From: a virus
Lineage: Duplodnaviria > Caudoviricetes
DNA length: 64,000 nucleotides
Strand: one strand, 5' to 3'
IMG/VR virus record: IMGVR_UViG_3300033066_000360
Coordinates: 1 to 64,000 of that record
The notes below the pieces were generated by a model that searched no databases, was not told the origin of the DNA, and worked only from the letters and a program-made list of their open reading frames with translations. This document shows positions 20,398 to 28,827 of this stretch, piece after piece. Every line of letters begins with the position of its first letter. The stretch's first letter is position 1. Position numbers and translations under genes: made by a program.

Positions 20398-21129
20398 TGA
20401 CAACTTTTGCAAGGATCGACTTTTCGAAATTCAAAACTCAGTATGCCACGACCGAGAAACAGGTCAAGCGTACCGATGATCTCAAACAGAAGAAGGCGCG
20501 TATCGCTCTGGCGGCTATTAAAGCCGCACGAGCCAAGGAGCATAACAAGGCTCGTTTCCGGCATCTGCTTCCGCGCTACAAGGCGTACGTTAAGTGGTGC
20601 GAGAACGATCAGGAGCGAGTCTACACCGCAAGGTGGGTGATGCGTCTCTTTGATTACGTGGTTGAACTCGGTTACCAGCCGGAGAAGTGGGATCAGCCAA
20701 ACGACAGCCTTTGGGCGTGGAAAGAGTGCCTGCTTGCGTATTCTCGGCACCGCATCAAGGAACTGAGCTAGGTAAATTGGGGAAGAGGGGAAACTCTCTT
20801 CCCCTTTCCACAGGAGGAACATCATGAGTTACTATTCCAATACTTTCCGAACGGAAATTGAAGATGCTCGCAAAAGTGCGCGAAAGGCCATTCTGAAGGG
20901 AATCATTGACTGGTTCAATAAAAAGAGCGTGGTTTCGTTTTATTATCCCACCACCCGAGACATGGAAGAACTTCGCGCAAAGATGAAGCTCGCTGACTAC
21001 ATACATACACGTGATGGCGGAGAATGGTACACAAAGGCGCAACTCCGACAGGGTTCCCCTGAAATTATCTGCACATACCATGGACTCCAAGAGTTTGTGA
21101 CCAACGAGTATTGGAAGCTTAGCGCATAG
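20397..21129 (+). other. two hypothetical genes (20397-20771, 20824-21129) separated by a GAAA-loop hairpin at 20779-20807
   Basis: ORFs with GGAGG RBS. Confidence 0.55.
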
Positions 21130-21155
21130 CCCTACCGGACTTAAAGGAGGTTCCG

Positions 21156-21734
21156 ATGAGTAGACTTTGGTTTCTAGGTGACGTACATGCAAAGTTTGAC
21201 AAAATGGAGCCTCTTGTCCGGAAAATAAAGGCTCCGATTATCCAAGTCGGAGATTTTGGTTTTGGCTTTGCGCCACTGCCAGAGCAGCCCAATAATCTTC
21301 GAGTTGTCTGTGGCAATCATGACAATAGAGGAGATACCTATGGGTGGGATAATGTGTATCGGCATTGGGATTATGACTTTGTTGCCGGAAAGCCCGTGTT
21401 CGTGATTTCGGGTGGCTATTCTGTTGATCGAGACAGGAGAACAATAGGCATAGATCTTTGGGAAGATGAAGAAATGAATCTCCCGATGATGCAGAGATGC
21501 CTTGACTACTATCGAAAAGTCAAGCCCAAGTTGTTGGTGAGTCATGAACCGCCAACATGGGTCAAAGAGAGTCTTGGATTTAAAGGATCTAGAACATCGG
21601 ACCTAATTCAAGCGTGTCTTGAGATCAGCAGTCCAGAACTTCATGTTTTTGGACATCTACACAAGTCTTTCCAGTGGGAAAGGAATGGGTGTCAATTTAA
21701 GTCTCTTGGAGAGCTTGAGTTGTGGCATCCCTAG
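21156..21734 (+). CDS. calcineurin-like metallophosphoesterase
   Basis: GDVH, VGDFG, GNHD, SHEPP, FGHLH. Confidence 0.85.
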   Translation: MSRLWFLGDVHAKFDKMEPLVRKIKAPIIQVGDFGFGFAPLPEQPNNLRVVCGNHDNRGDTYGWDNVYRHWDYDFVAGKPVFVISGGYSVDRDRRTIGIDLWEDEEMNLPMMQRCLDYYRKVKPKLLVSHEPPTWVKESLGFKGSRTSDLIQACLEISSPELHVFGHLHKSFQWERNGCQFKSLGELELWHP

Positions 21735-21743
21735 GAGGATTTT

Positions 21744-23661
21744 ATGAACTACAGGGAGATCAGAAAGGACAAGGTAGCCGCTGCCCATTATGATCAGTGG
21801 ATTAAGGACAACCCCGACAAAGCTGATGCCATGGGAGAGTTGTCGGCTGATCTTGAGGCAACAATCGCGACAATCGCAGTCTTTCATGGAATGGGATTGG
21901 TTGCATTCATTAAGGATGAAGCCGAAAGAAACATTAACCAAATTCTGGAGAAGATGGAAGCTTTGGGATACAAGTTTCTGCTCAAGGAGGAGTGATGGGA
22001 ATGATGAATCAAAGGGAGGAGCAGATTGTTCATCTGCATCACTCACAGGTGCAGGACTTTTTTGCTATCGCAGAAGCGATTCGCAAAGATTATCGTGACT
22101 ACGCAACGGGTATTAAGTGTCCCGTTTTGACTCGCGGAGACATTGCGGATCGGTTTCGCGGGTTTTGGGATGTTCACAAGAATCAGTACTCGTTTCCTGG
22201 GTACACAAAAGTAACGGTAAAGAAGATCGCCCTAGAGGTGGTTCGCTATTACCATGGGGAGGTGGCAAATGTTTGATCTTGCACAAGCAAAGACGCTTAT
22301 TGAGACTATTGTGTTATTGATTATATCGTTGTGGACATTCAAAACACGATCCGATTGGAATCAAGATGGTCCAATCTGGCGGGTTCTCAATATCTTCATC
22401 ATCATATTCCTTATCTGGCAGTACGTCACTCTTCGCGGAATGAAGGTGACAGTAGGAGGTTAGTGTGGGCAATCTAAAGATGCTCGTCTGTGCCTTGATT
22501 GACGCAGGGCGTGAAGTCAAGGTTGTTCCAGATCATCGAAGATGGTTCGTTTCCTTTACTCTTGGTGGTGTTGCGGAGGAGAATCCCCGCTGGACTACTT
22601 ATGAGAAGTTTGTAGTTGAGTTTGCCGCCGACTGGATCTTCCTCTCCACCGAGCACTTCGGAGACGCAGATGGAGAGAGGCATCAGAGATGGCAGGAAAA
22701 AGATGATGAGGTATTCTCGGAAACAGAAGCTTGGAAGAAACTTTTGAGGAGGATCCAAAGTGGCCTCTAAAATCCCTGAGAATTATTTCCCGCTGGAAAA
22801 GGATGAGCGCGTTCAATGGTTTTCTTCTCCTCATGAAGATACGGTTCTCGTGAAAACAAGATATCCGGCAATCTTTGTGGAGGAAATATCGCTTTGGCAC
22901 ATCATTCTTGTCCCAATTCTTACGGAAAACGAATGGACTTGGTTCAAGATTACTCAGCGCGAAAATCCAGAATGGGTCGTGTTTCGATGGGAACTGGATC
23001 GGATGCTCATTGCAATCTGTAATGCACATCCTGATAAGGAGGTTGAATGAACAGGTGGGTCTTAATCCGCTTTGCTTGTTACTATACGGGATACCTTCTT
23101 TTTAAGATAGTGTTGGGATTTCAGTGGGAATGGATTATTGAGATCCCAGTTTGTCTGTTCTATCTAGTGTTGAGTGCAATTCTTTCTTGGGAAAAACAGG
23201 AGGCAAAATGATTCTCAAAAAGCTTTTCTGGGCGCTATTCTTTTTCTCTGGAGCACTTCTTGCCCACTGGATTATGAATCAGCTAATTGGAGTTCCACTG
23301 ATATTCATACCAATCTTTCACATTCCAATGTTTATCTTCTCTTTGGTGCTCTCAATAGTCAGTAAGGATGATTAAACAACCGCCCTACCCTATCGTGTTG
23401 CCCTACCGGGCTAGCAGAGTGGGTGTTTTTACTAGGAAATAATGTATGACAAATCGAAATGAACGGCTCAAACTTGTTGCGGCAGAGAAGCGTGCTCTTG
23501 GCTTTCCACCTGTTTCACCAAGCAAATATGCTTACTATGACCAGACTGAAGTAGCTCTAAAGTCAATGGAGCGTATCAAAGAGATTGCTAAGGACTTGAT
23601 GGCAGAGAAGAAGCGTCTTCGAAGCGCAGTTCGACAACTCGTAAAAATGAAGGTAGAATAA
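21744..23661 (+). other. run of small hypothetical genes (21744-21995, 21992-22276, 22254-22463, 22465-22770, 22760-23050, about 23208-23375, 23446-23661)
   Basis: Overlapping start/stop junctions and RBS; two are hydrophobic. Confidence 0.55.
23631..23659 (+). promoter_or_regulatory. sigma70-like promoter before the first tRNA
   Basis: TCGACA-17 bp-TAGAAT; +1 about 3 nt before tRNA-Arg at 23669. Confidence 0.5.
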
Positions 23662-23668
23662 TCTTCAT

Positions 23669-23742
23669 GCCCTTGTAGCTCATCGGACCAGAGCAGGAAG
23701 TTTCTACCTTCAAGGCAGGGGGTTCAATTCCCTCCAAGGGTA
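23669..23742 (+). tRNA. tRNA-Arg(TCT)
   Basis: Cloverleaf; loop TT-TCT-AC; no CCA. Confidence 0.85.
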
Positions 23743-23757
23743 TCCATAGGAGGATAT

Positions 23758-24187
23758 ATGAATTTGTATTGCGGAACAATTGTTGGTCGGATTAATGGCG
23801 ATGTAAAGAAAGTTGTTTCTTGCTATCGACTGGCAAAAACAGAAGAGAAAGCAAAGGCAAGCATAGCCAAAGATTACAAGGATCTTGATGAATTGTCTAT
23901 TTGCATAGATCTCATTGATCCTGAAGTAATTCGCGCTTGGTACGAGAAGGTTGTTATCGAGCCTATCGGGGAGGGTCTAGATGTTTCCTGATCCAGATGT
24001 ATGGCGGTGGGGTAGAGATGACTCCGAACCACCGGACAATCCGTATAAACATTTAGAAGAAGAAGACGATGAAGATGGTGATCCTGATCTTTGGGAGGAT
24101 GAAGAGGAGTTGATTGTGGAAGGTGAGCCAGTAAACGAAATGGATTGGCTTATTTCTTATGTCTCTCTAGTGCATCATCGTCTATAA
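23758..24187 (+). other. two small hypothetical genes (23758-23991, 23981-24187 acidic)
   Basis: AGGAGG RBS; overlapping junction. Confidence 0.5.
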
Positions 24188-24207
24188 TGTTTCCAATCGG
24201 AAACAGT

Positions 24208-24290
24208 GCAACCATGGTGAAATGGCAGTCACAGCAGGCTTAGAACCTGCCGCCCTAAAAAGCGTGGGGGTTCAAGTCCCTCTGGTTGTA
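24208..24290 (+). tRNA. tRNA-Leu(TAG)
   Basis: GCAGG-CTTAGAA-CCTGC; long variable arm. Confidence 0.9.
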
Positions 24291-24401
24291 TATGCAGAGC
24301 AGGCACTCCTGTAGACACGGCGCTATGCAGAAGGTGGCTATACCGGTAGGATCCTACTGGGACGAGCGGAAGCGAGAGATACCTCCCATTCTCTCTTAAA
24401 T

Positions 24402-24483
24402 GCAAGTATGGCGGAATGGCATACGCGGGAGCCTGAGAAGCTCTGCTCGAAAGGGCGTGAAGGTTCGAGTCCTTCTATTTGCA
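24402..24483 (+). tRNA. tRNA-Leu(GAG)
   Basis: GGAGC-CTGAGAA-GCTCT; long variable arm. Confidence 0.9.
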
Positions 24484-24582
24484 CTGCATTCGATGGTGTC
24501 TGCGCGGAGTCCGGAATCATCTGGCAGAACTAGAGAACCGGCCCACAACATGGCCAAGTTAGTGGGGAATCCGTAAATTCAT

Positions 24583-24655
24583 GGAGAAGTAGCCCAACGG
24601 CAGAGGCAACAGTCTCAAGAACTGTTTAGTGAGAGTTCGAATCTCTCTTTCTCTA
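24583..24655 (+). tRNA. tRNA-Leu(CAA), short variable loop
   Basis: ACAGT-CTCAAGA-ACTGT. Confidence 0.85.
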
Positions 24656-24722
24656 CTGACCGCTCCTTGTGGTTTCTTTTTGTTTTGTAGCTTTTTGTTT
24701 TCCACAAGGGGATGGTCTCCAT

Positions 24723-24797
24723 GCAAGTGTGAGGCAACCGGCAGACCTGATACACTTAAAATGTGTCGTTCTATGGGTTCAAATCCCATCACTTGTA
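24723..24797 (+). tRNA. tRNA-Leu(TAA), short variable loop
   Basis: ATACA-CTTAAAA-TGTGT. Confidence 0.85.
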
Positions 24798-24814
24798 TCT
24801 AATATGAATATAAT

Positions 24815-24888
24815 GGGGAAATGCGCTAATGGTTAACGCGAACAATCTTATAAATTGTTGATTGAACGTTCAAGTCGTTCTTTCCCTA
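24815..24888 (+). tRNA. tRNA-Ile(TAT)
   Basis: ACAAT-CTTATAA-ATTGT. Confidence 0.85.
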
Positions 24889-25083
24889 CTACCACAAAAG
24901 AAGAACTTTTTTGTGTATATACGGTCAAGGTGGCTAATGTGTTGGTTGATAGCTGCGAGAGTCTGGCGAGCACTTTCAATTGGCATCCACTACGTGGCGT
25001 ATGTCGGACGGTGAGCATGGTCATGTGTTGACCCAGAAGTACAGCATGAATCAGCCGTGGGAAGCCGATAGATTCCCAAATAC

Positions 25084-25156
25084 ACACTGTTAACTCATCG
25101 GTCAGAGTGCCTTTCTTACAAATAGGAAGCAGGGGGTTCAATTCCCTCACAGTGTA
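25084..25156 (+). tRNA. tRNA-Val(TAC)
   Basis: Acceptor ACACTGT/ACAGTGT; loop CTTACAA. Confidence 0.88.
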
Positions 25157-25207
25157 TAGATGGTTAGTAGATATATCGCGCGTTAGGTATCGAAAGCCAT
25201 CTTTCAT

Positions 25208-25280
25208 GCTCTATTGGGCAAGCGGCCAAGCCACCTCTCCTTCAAAGAGGCAATCGTGGGTTCGAATCCCACATAGAGTA
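25208..25280 (+). tRNA. tRNA-Glu(TTC)
   Basis: CCTCT-CCTTCAA-AGAGG. Confidence 0.88.
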
Positions 25281-25378
25281 CTGTTCCTAGTGAGTCCAAG
25301 GTTCGGTAAGGAACACATTCACTTTCGGTTGAAAGTGGTGTAAAGCAGGAATCCGACTTCTCACGTTTCCTGCGCTAT

Positions 25379-25450
25379 GCTTCGGAAGCCGAAGGGATAG
25401 GCGCTACTCTGTCTAAGTAGTTGAAGTGGGTTCAAATCCCATCCGGGGCG
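25379..25450 (+). tRNA. tRNA-Asp(GTC)
   Basis: CTACT-CTGTCTA-AGTAG. Confidence 0.88.
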
Positions 25451-25557
25451 CTAAATAGTAGGAGGATCAAAATAACGCTTGTTCTCGGTCTAAAATGACC
25501 AACCACTACTATGATGAAGATGTATTACTTGTAAGAGTGTCAACAATACGTCTTTAT

Positions 25558-25631
25558 GCTTCTTTCGGCAAGCGGCTTAAGCCACTTGGTTCTCAACCAA
25601 GAGATCGCCGGTTCGAATCCGGCAAGAAGCA
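25558..25631 (+). tRNA. tRNA-Glu(CTC)
   Basis: CTTGG-TTCTCAA-CCAAG. Confidence 0.9.
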
Positions 25632-25731
25632 CTTGGAGTGATGGATATAACTCCAGCGTAACAGCCATGGATGAAGCGTGTCCACGCATAGATTCTAGGT
25701 ATCATGTAGAATACGTGAAGTTCTACAAAGT

Positions 25732-25802
25732 AGCAGGGTAGAGTAGCGGCCACTCACCGGCCTCATAAGCCGTTTACACGGGTTCGATTCCCGTTCCTGC
25801 CA
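25732..25802 (+). tRNA. tRNA-Met(CAT), possibly initiator-like
   Basis: CGGC-CTCATAA-GCCG; 1:72 mismatch (A:C) as in initiator tRNAs. Confidence 0.82.
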
Positions 25803-25871
25803 TCACTATCTCTATGGCGCACATGAGATAGCGTCCCGTAAACGGGGGACCGTACGTGAACTGGTCATTAT

Positions 25872-25945
25872 CTGGGTATAGCTCAATCTGGAAGAGCACT
25901 TGCTTTGGGAGCAAGACGTTAGGGGTTCAAATCCCTTTACCTAGA
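25872..25945 (+). tRNA. tRNA-Pro(TGG) copy 1
   Basis: CTTGC-TTTGGGA-GCAAG. Confidence 0.9.
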
Positions 25946-26098
25946 CTCAGTTCATGTTTGGATTGGCTCGCCCGATTAAGCTACTAGTGGCTGTAATCGT
26001 ACCCCTCAACAGGGTAAAAGCGTCCCCTTCTGAATCCCCTGAACTGCCGTAAGAAAACTTGTTGAGAGTTTTCGTGGAGTACGTTAAAAGCTCCATAT

Positions 26099-26173
26099 AT
26101 AGGTGTATATCAGTCTGGTCAGATTGCTCCCCTTGGAAGGGAGTGGGCACAGGTTCAAATCCTGTCACCTATA
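26099..26173 (+). tRNA. tRNA-Pro(TGG) copy 2
   Basis: CTCCC-CTTGGAA-GGGAG. Confidence 0.87.
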
Positions 26174-26275
26174 CTCTGATGAATTTCGCTGAATCGTCTA
26201 AGGACGAAGGAGCGGGAAATCGAAGACGTAATCAATGTGTCATAGCATCGAGAGGCATACGATAAGTGCCAAAAC

Positions 26276-26358
26276 GGAAGGACGGCAATAGGCGTAGTAC
26301 ACTGTCTTGAAAACAGAAAGCCGTAAAAGGCTTGTGGGTTCGACTCCCACTCCTTCCT
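26276..26358 (+). tRNA. tRNA-Ser(TGA)
   Basis: CTGT-CTTGAAA-ACAG; long variable arm AAGCC/GGCTT. Confidence 0.85.
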
Positions 26359-26461
26359 CTGGATCCCTTGCTTTGGGCATGTAGCTACTAGGCGGCGGCA
26401 AGAAGTGGTCTGGATACATCTAGCTAATATAAGCTCTATGGCCCAATATGGTGTATCTTAT

Positions 26462-26547
26462 GGAAAGGTGACGGAATCTGGTAATCGTTCCTCTTTGCTA
26501 AAGAGTGAGTCCGTAAGGACACGCAGGTTCAAATCCTGTCCTTTCCT
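26462..26547 (+). tRNA. tRNA-Ser(GCT)
   Basis: CTCT-TTGCTAA-AGAG; long variable arm. Confidence 0.88.
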
Positions 26548-26551
26548 CTGT

Positions 26552-26624
26552 GCCGCTCTAGCTCAAATGGTAGAGCACTAGTCTGAAGAACTGGGGGCAA
26601 TGGGATCGTTACCCATGGGCGGCT
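26552..26624 (+). tRNA. tRNA-Phe(GAA)
   Basis: CTAGT-CTGAAGA-ACTGG; atypical T loop ATCGTTA. Confidence 0.8.
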
Positions 26625-26629
26625 TGTAT

Positions 26630-26713
26630 GAGCAGAAGTCAGATACGGTTTGCTTGTGACTGTCTGTAAAACAGTTCCCTTCGGGGGTGGGGGTTCGAAT
26701 CCCTCTCTGCTCA
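26630..26713 (+). tRNA. tRNA-Tyr(GTA)
   Basis: ACTGT-CTGTAAA-ACAGT; variable arm CCC-TTCG-GGG. Confidence 0.87.
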
Positions 26714-26714
26714 C

Positions 26715-26743
26715 TTGACAAATCTCCAAATGGAGAGTATTGT
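26715..26743 (+). promoter_or_regulatory. sigma70 promoter inside the tRNA array
   Basis: TTGACA-17 bp-TATTGT, just upstream of tRNA-Asn. Confidence 0.65.
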
Positions 26744-26753
26744 GTTTGTATGT

Positions 26754-26826
26754 TCCCGTGTAGCTCAGGGGTAGTAGCAGCGCACTGTTAATGCGCCAGT
26801 CGTTGGTTCAAATCCAGCCATGGGAG
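26754..26826 (+). tRNA. tRNA-Asn(GTT)
   Basis: CGCA-CTGTTAA-TGCG. Confidence 0.9.
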
Positions 26827-26860
26827 CCTATTTCCGACTGGAAATAAATAGGAGGAATAA

Positions 26861-27292
26861 ATGAAGAGGTTACTTGTGTTATGGGTCGCGCTCGGCTTGA
26901 TGTTTGCTGCATGTGGTGCGCCTACTGGCGATAGAAGCTATGGTGTTGCCAAGAGGCTTGGAGAGGGGCGGCATATCGTGTCGAATGTCGAGAAGCTCAA
27001 CAATGGCATGAATGTGATCTGGTTCTTTGGAGAGAACGATTACGTTTACTGTACGTTTGATGACAAATTGGCTGCAATGGCTCGTGCAATCAAGAACGAT
27101 CCGGGTCCAAATGACGGAATTGCTCTGTATGAATACAGAGATTTCATCACTGGAGATCCTGAGTTTGGGCTAGATCCATCTGGTTATTACTGGTGGTCTA
27201 CTTGTGGGGTTGGAATTACTGCCACATACAAGTCCAAGCTAATGTCCATCAAGCCATTGCGTCCACTAGTGAATGAAGTGGTTTTGAGATAA
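26861..27292 (+). CDS. putative lipoprotein
   Basis: MKRLLVLWVALGLMFAAC-G signal peptide and lipobox; AGGAGG RBS. Confidence 0.65.
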   Translation: MKRLLVLWVALGLMFAACGAPTGDRSYGVAKRLGEGRHIVSNVEKLNNGMNVIWFFGENDYVYCTFDDKLAAMARAIKNDPGPNDGIALYEYRDFITGDPEFGLDPSGYYWWSTCGVGITATYKSKLMSIKPLRPLVNEVVLR

Positions 27293-27325
27293 CTAAATAG
27301 TCGGGATGTTACAATCCCGGCATAC

Positions 27326-27399
27326 GCTAATGTAGCTCAATCCGGCAGAGCAACTCCTTTGTAACGAGAAGGTTGGAGGTTCAATTCCTCTCATTAGCT
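27326..27399 (+). tRNA. tRNA-Thr(TGT)
   Basis: Acceptor GCTAATG/CATTAGC; loop TTTGTAA; imperfect anticodon stem. Confidence 0.85.
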
Positions 27400-27403
27400 T
27401 TGT

Positions 27404-27458
27404 GGGTCTGGATGTAAAGGCTGTCCTAGGCGTGTCGGTTCAACTCCGATCAGATCCA
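27404..27458 (+). ncRNA. 55-nt tRNA-like RNA without an anticodon arm, G3-U70/A73
   Basis: Acceptor GGGTCTG/CAGATCC-A and T arm GTCGG-TTCAACT-CCGAT with only 23 nt between them. Confidence 0.6.
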
Positions 27459-27464
27459 CTAAAT

Positions 27465-27537
27465 GGGGACACATGTACCAAGGGGGCGACTGATACTTGC
27501 AATATCGGTGTGAGGAGTTCGATTCTCCTTGTTTCCA
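27465..27537 (+). tRNA. tRNA-Ala(TGC)
   Basis: CTGATA-CTTGCAA-TATCGG; G3-U70 pair. Confidence 0.85.
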
Positions 27538-27541
27538 CTAT

Positions 27542-27614
27542 GTATGCAGACTCAAACGGTGATGAGAACACTCTGATAAGGTGTCCGTGTGAGGTTCAAT
27601 TCCTCTTGCATACA
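27542..27614 (+). tRNA. tRNA-Ile(GAT)
   Basis: ACACT-CTGATAA-GGTGT. Confidence 0.82.
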
Positions 27615-27637
27615 CTACAGCCCTACCGGGCTAATAA

Positions 27638-27709
27638 GCACATATAGCTCAGTGGAAGAGTTAGCGCCTTCGAAGCGCGGGGTCGGGAGTTCGAATCTCT
27701 CTATGTGCT
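27638..27709 (+). tRNA. tRNA-Arg(TCG)
   Basis: GCGC-CTTCGAA-GCGC. Confidence 0.88.
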
Positions 27710-27797
27710 CTGGGAGAGGGACAAGCGGTGTTTGACTGTTCCTCCTAGCGGTAAGAGATCGTGTTCGGCGTAAGTTGTTCGGTCCCTCTCCCTTTAT

Positions 27798-27870
27798 GCG
27801 CGTGAAGCTCAACGGAAGAGCATTTCCCTGCGAAGGAAAAGGTTTAAGGGTTCAATTCCCTTGACGCGCT
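27798..27870 (+). tRNA. tRNA-Arg(GCG)
   Basis: TTTCC-CTGCGAA-GGAAA. Confidence 0.85.
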
Positions 27871-28015
27871 TAGCGTAAGGATGCATACCTGCGCTAACCT
27901 TGGGTAGTGAAGGGTTGTGCACTACTGCTATCTGGTGACGCTACAATACCAGCGCCTCTTGCCGACGAAAGACGCAAGGAGTTCTTGCTGGTTCTCTCCA
28001 AAAGAATCAGGTGAT

Positions 28016-28088
28016 GCGGATATGGCTCAGTTGGTAGAGCAGGATCTTGCCAAGATTCAGGTCGCGGGTTCAAGTCCCGCTATTCGCT
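28016..28088 (+). tRNA. tRNA-Gly(GCC)
   Basis: GGATC-TTGCCAA-GATTC. Confidence 0.92.
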
Positions 28089-28161
28089 TGAGCGGTTCGA
28101 CTTTTAGTTTTCCAAAGGTAAATCTAGGTCGTCCGCTCTTTTATGTTAAAAGGAGGTCGGA

Positions 28162-28680
28162 ATGAAGAATATCTTTGTCATCAGCGATACGCACTTCGGT
28201 CACGAGCTTATGACCACCGTACTGACAGATCAAGGCAAGCGTCTCCGGCCTTGGAATACGACTGAGGAGATGGATGAAGTTCTCATTGCCAATTGGAATT
28301 CTGTTGTTACTCCAAGTGACAAGGTTTACCATCTGGGAGACGTATTCTTCCCCCGTAAAGGGAGAATGCTCTTGTCTCGACTCAATGGAGATAAGGTTTT
28401 GATTCGTGGGAACCATGATGGTCATCCAATCAAGGATTACCTAATGGGATTCAGGGACATCCGGGCCTTACATGTGTTGGACGGAGTAATCATGACTCAT
28501 GTTCCAATCCATGAACAGAGTCTTTCCCGCTGGAAAGGCAACATTCATGGACATTTGCACGAGCATCGAATTCTTGATCGGCGTGGATTGCCTGATCCGC
28601 GTTATACTACTGTCTGTGTGGAACACATCAACTACACTCCTAAAGAGTGGTCGGTGGTTCGTAGTGAACTGGTAGCTTAG
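28162..28680 (+). CDS. calcineurin-like metallophosphoesterase
   Basis: SDTHFGH, YHLGDV, RGNHD, THVP, NIHGHLH. Confidence 0.9.
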   Translation: MKNIFVISDTHFGHELMTTVLTDQGKRLRPWNTTEEMDEVLIANWNSVVTPSDKVYHLGDVFFPRKGRMLLSRLNGDKVLIRGNHDGHPIKDYLMGFRDIRALHVLDGVIMTHVPIHEQSLSRWKGNIHGHLHEHRILDRRGLPDPRYTTVCVEHINYTPKEWSVVRSELVA

Positions 28681-28738
28681 TGGCTAAAGCAGCATGCTCT
28701 TAACATGCCTATCGTGGGTTCAAATCCCACCCGGTTCT
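28666..28738 (+). tRNA. tRNA-Lys(CTT)
   Basis: GCATG-CTCTTAA-CATGC; 5' end overlaps the phosphoesterase stop codon. Confidence 0.88.
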
Positions 28739-28739
28739 T

Positions 28740-28811
28740 GTACTCGTGGTGTAATGGTTAGCACGATAGGCTGTGGCCCTGTTAGAGCCGGTTCAAATCC
28801 GGTCGAGCACT
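28740..28811 (+). tRNA. tRNA-His(GTG)
   Basis: ATAGG-CTGTGGC-CCTGT. Confidence 0.85.
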
Positions 28812-28827
28812 TAAATAGGAGGATTAA

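Noticed and set aside
26176-26245. Hammerhead-like CTGATGA...GAA core after tRNA-Pro
   Set aside because: Stem II closing pair, the GAAA/UH junction and stem I do not pair in register by eye; a covariance-model search would settle it.
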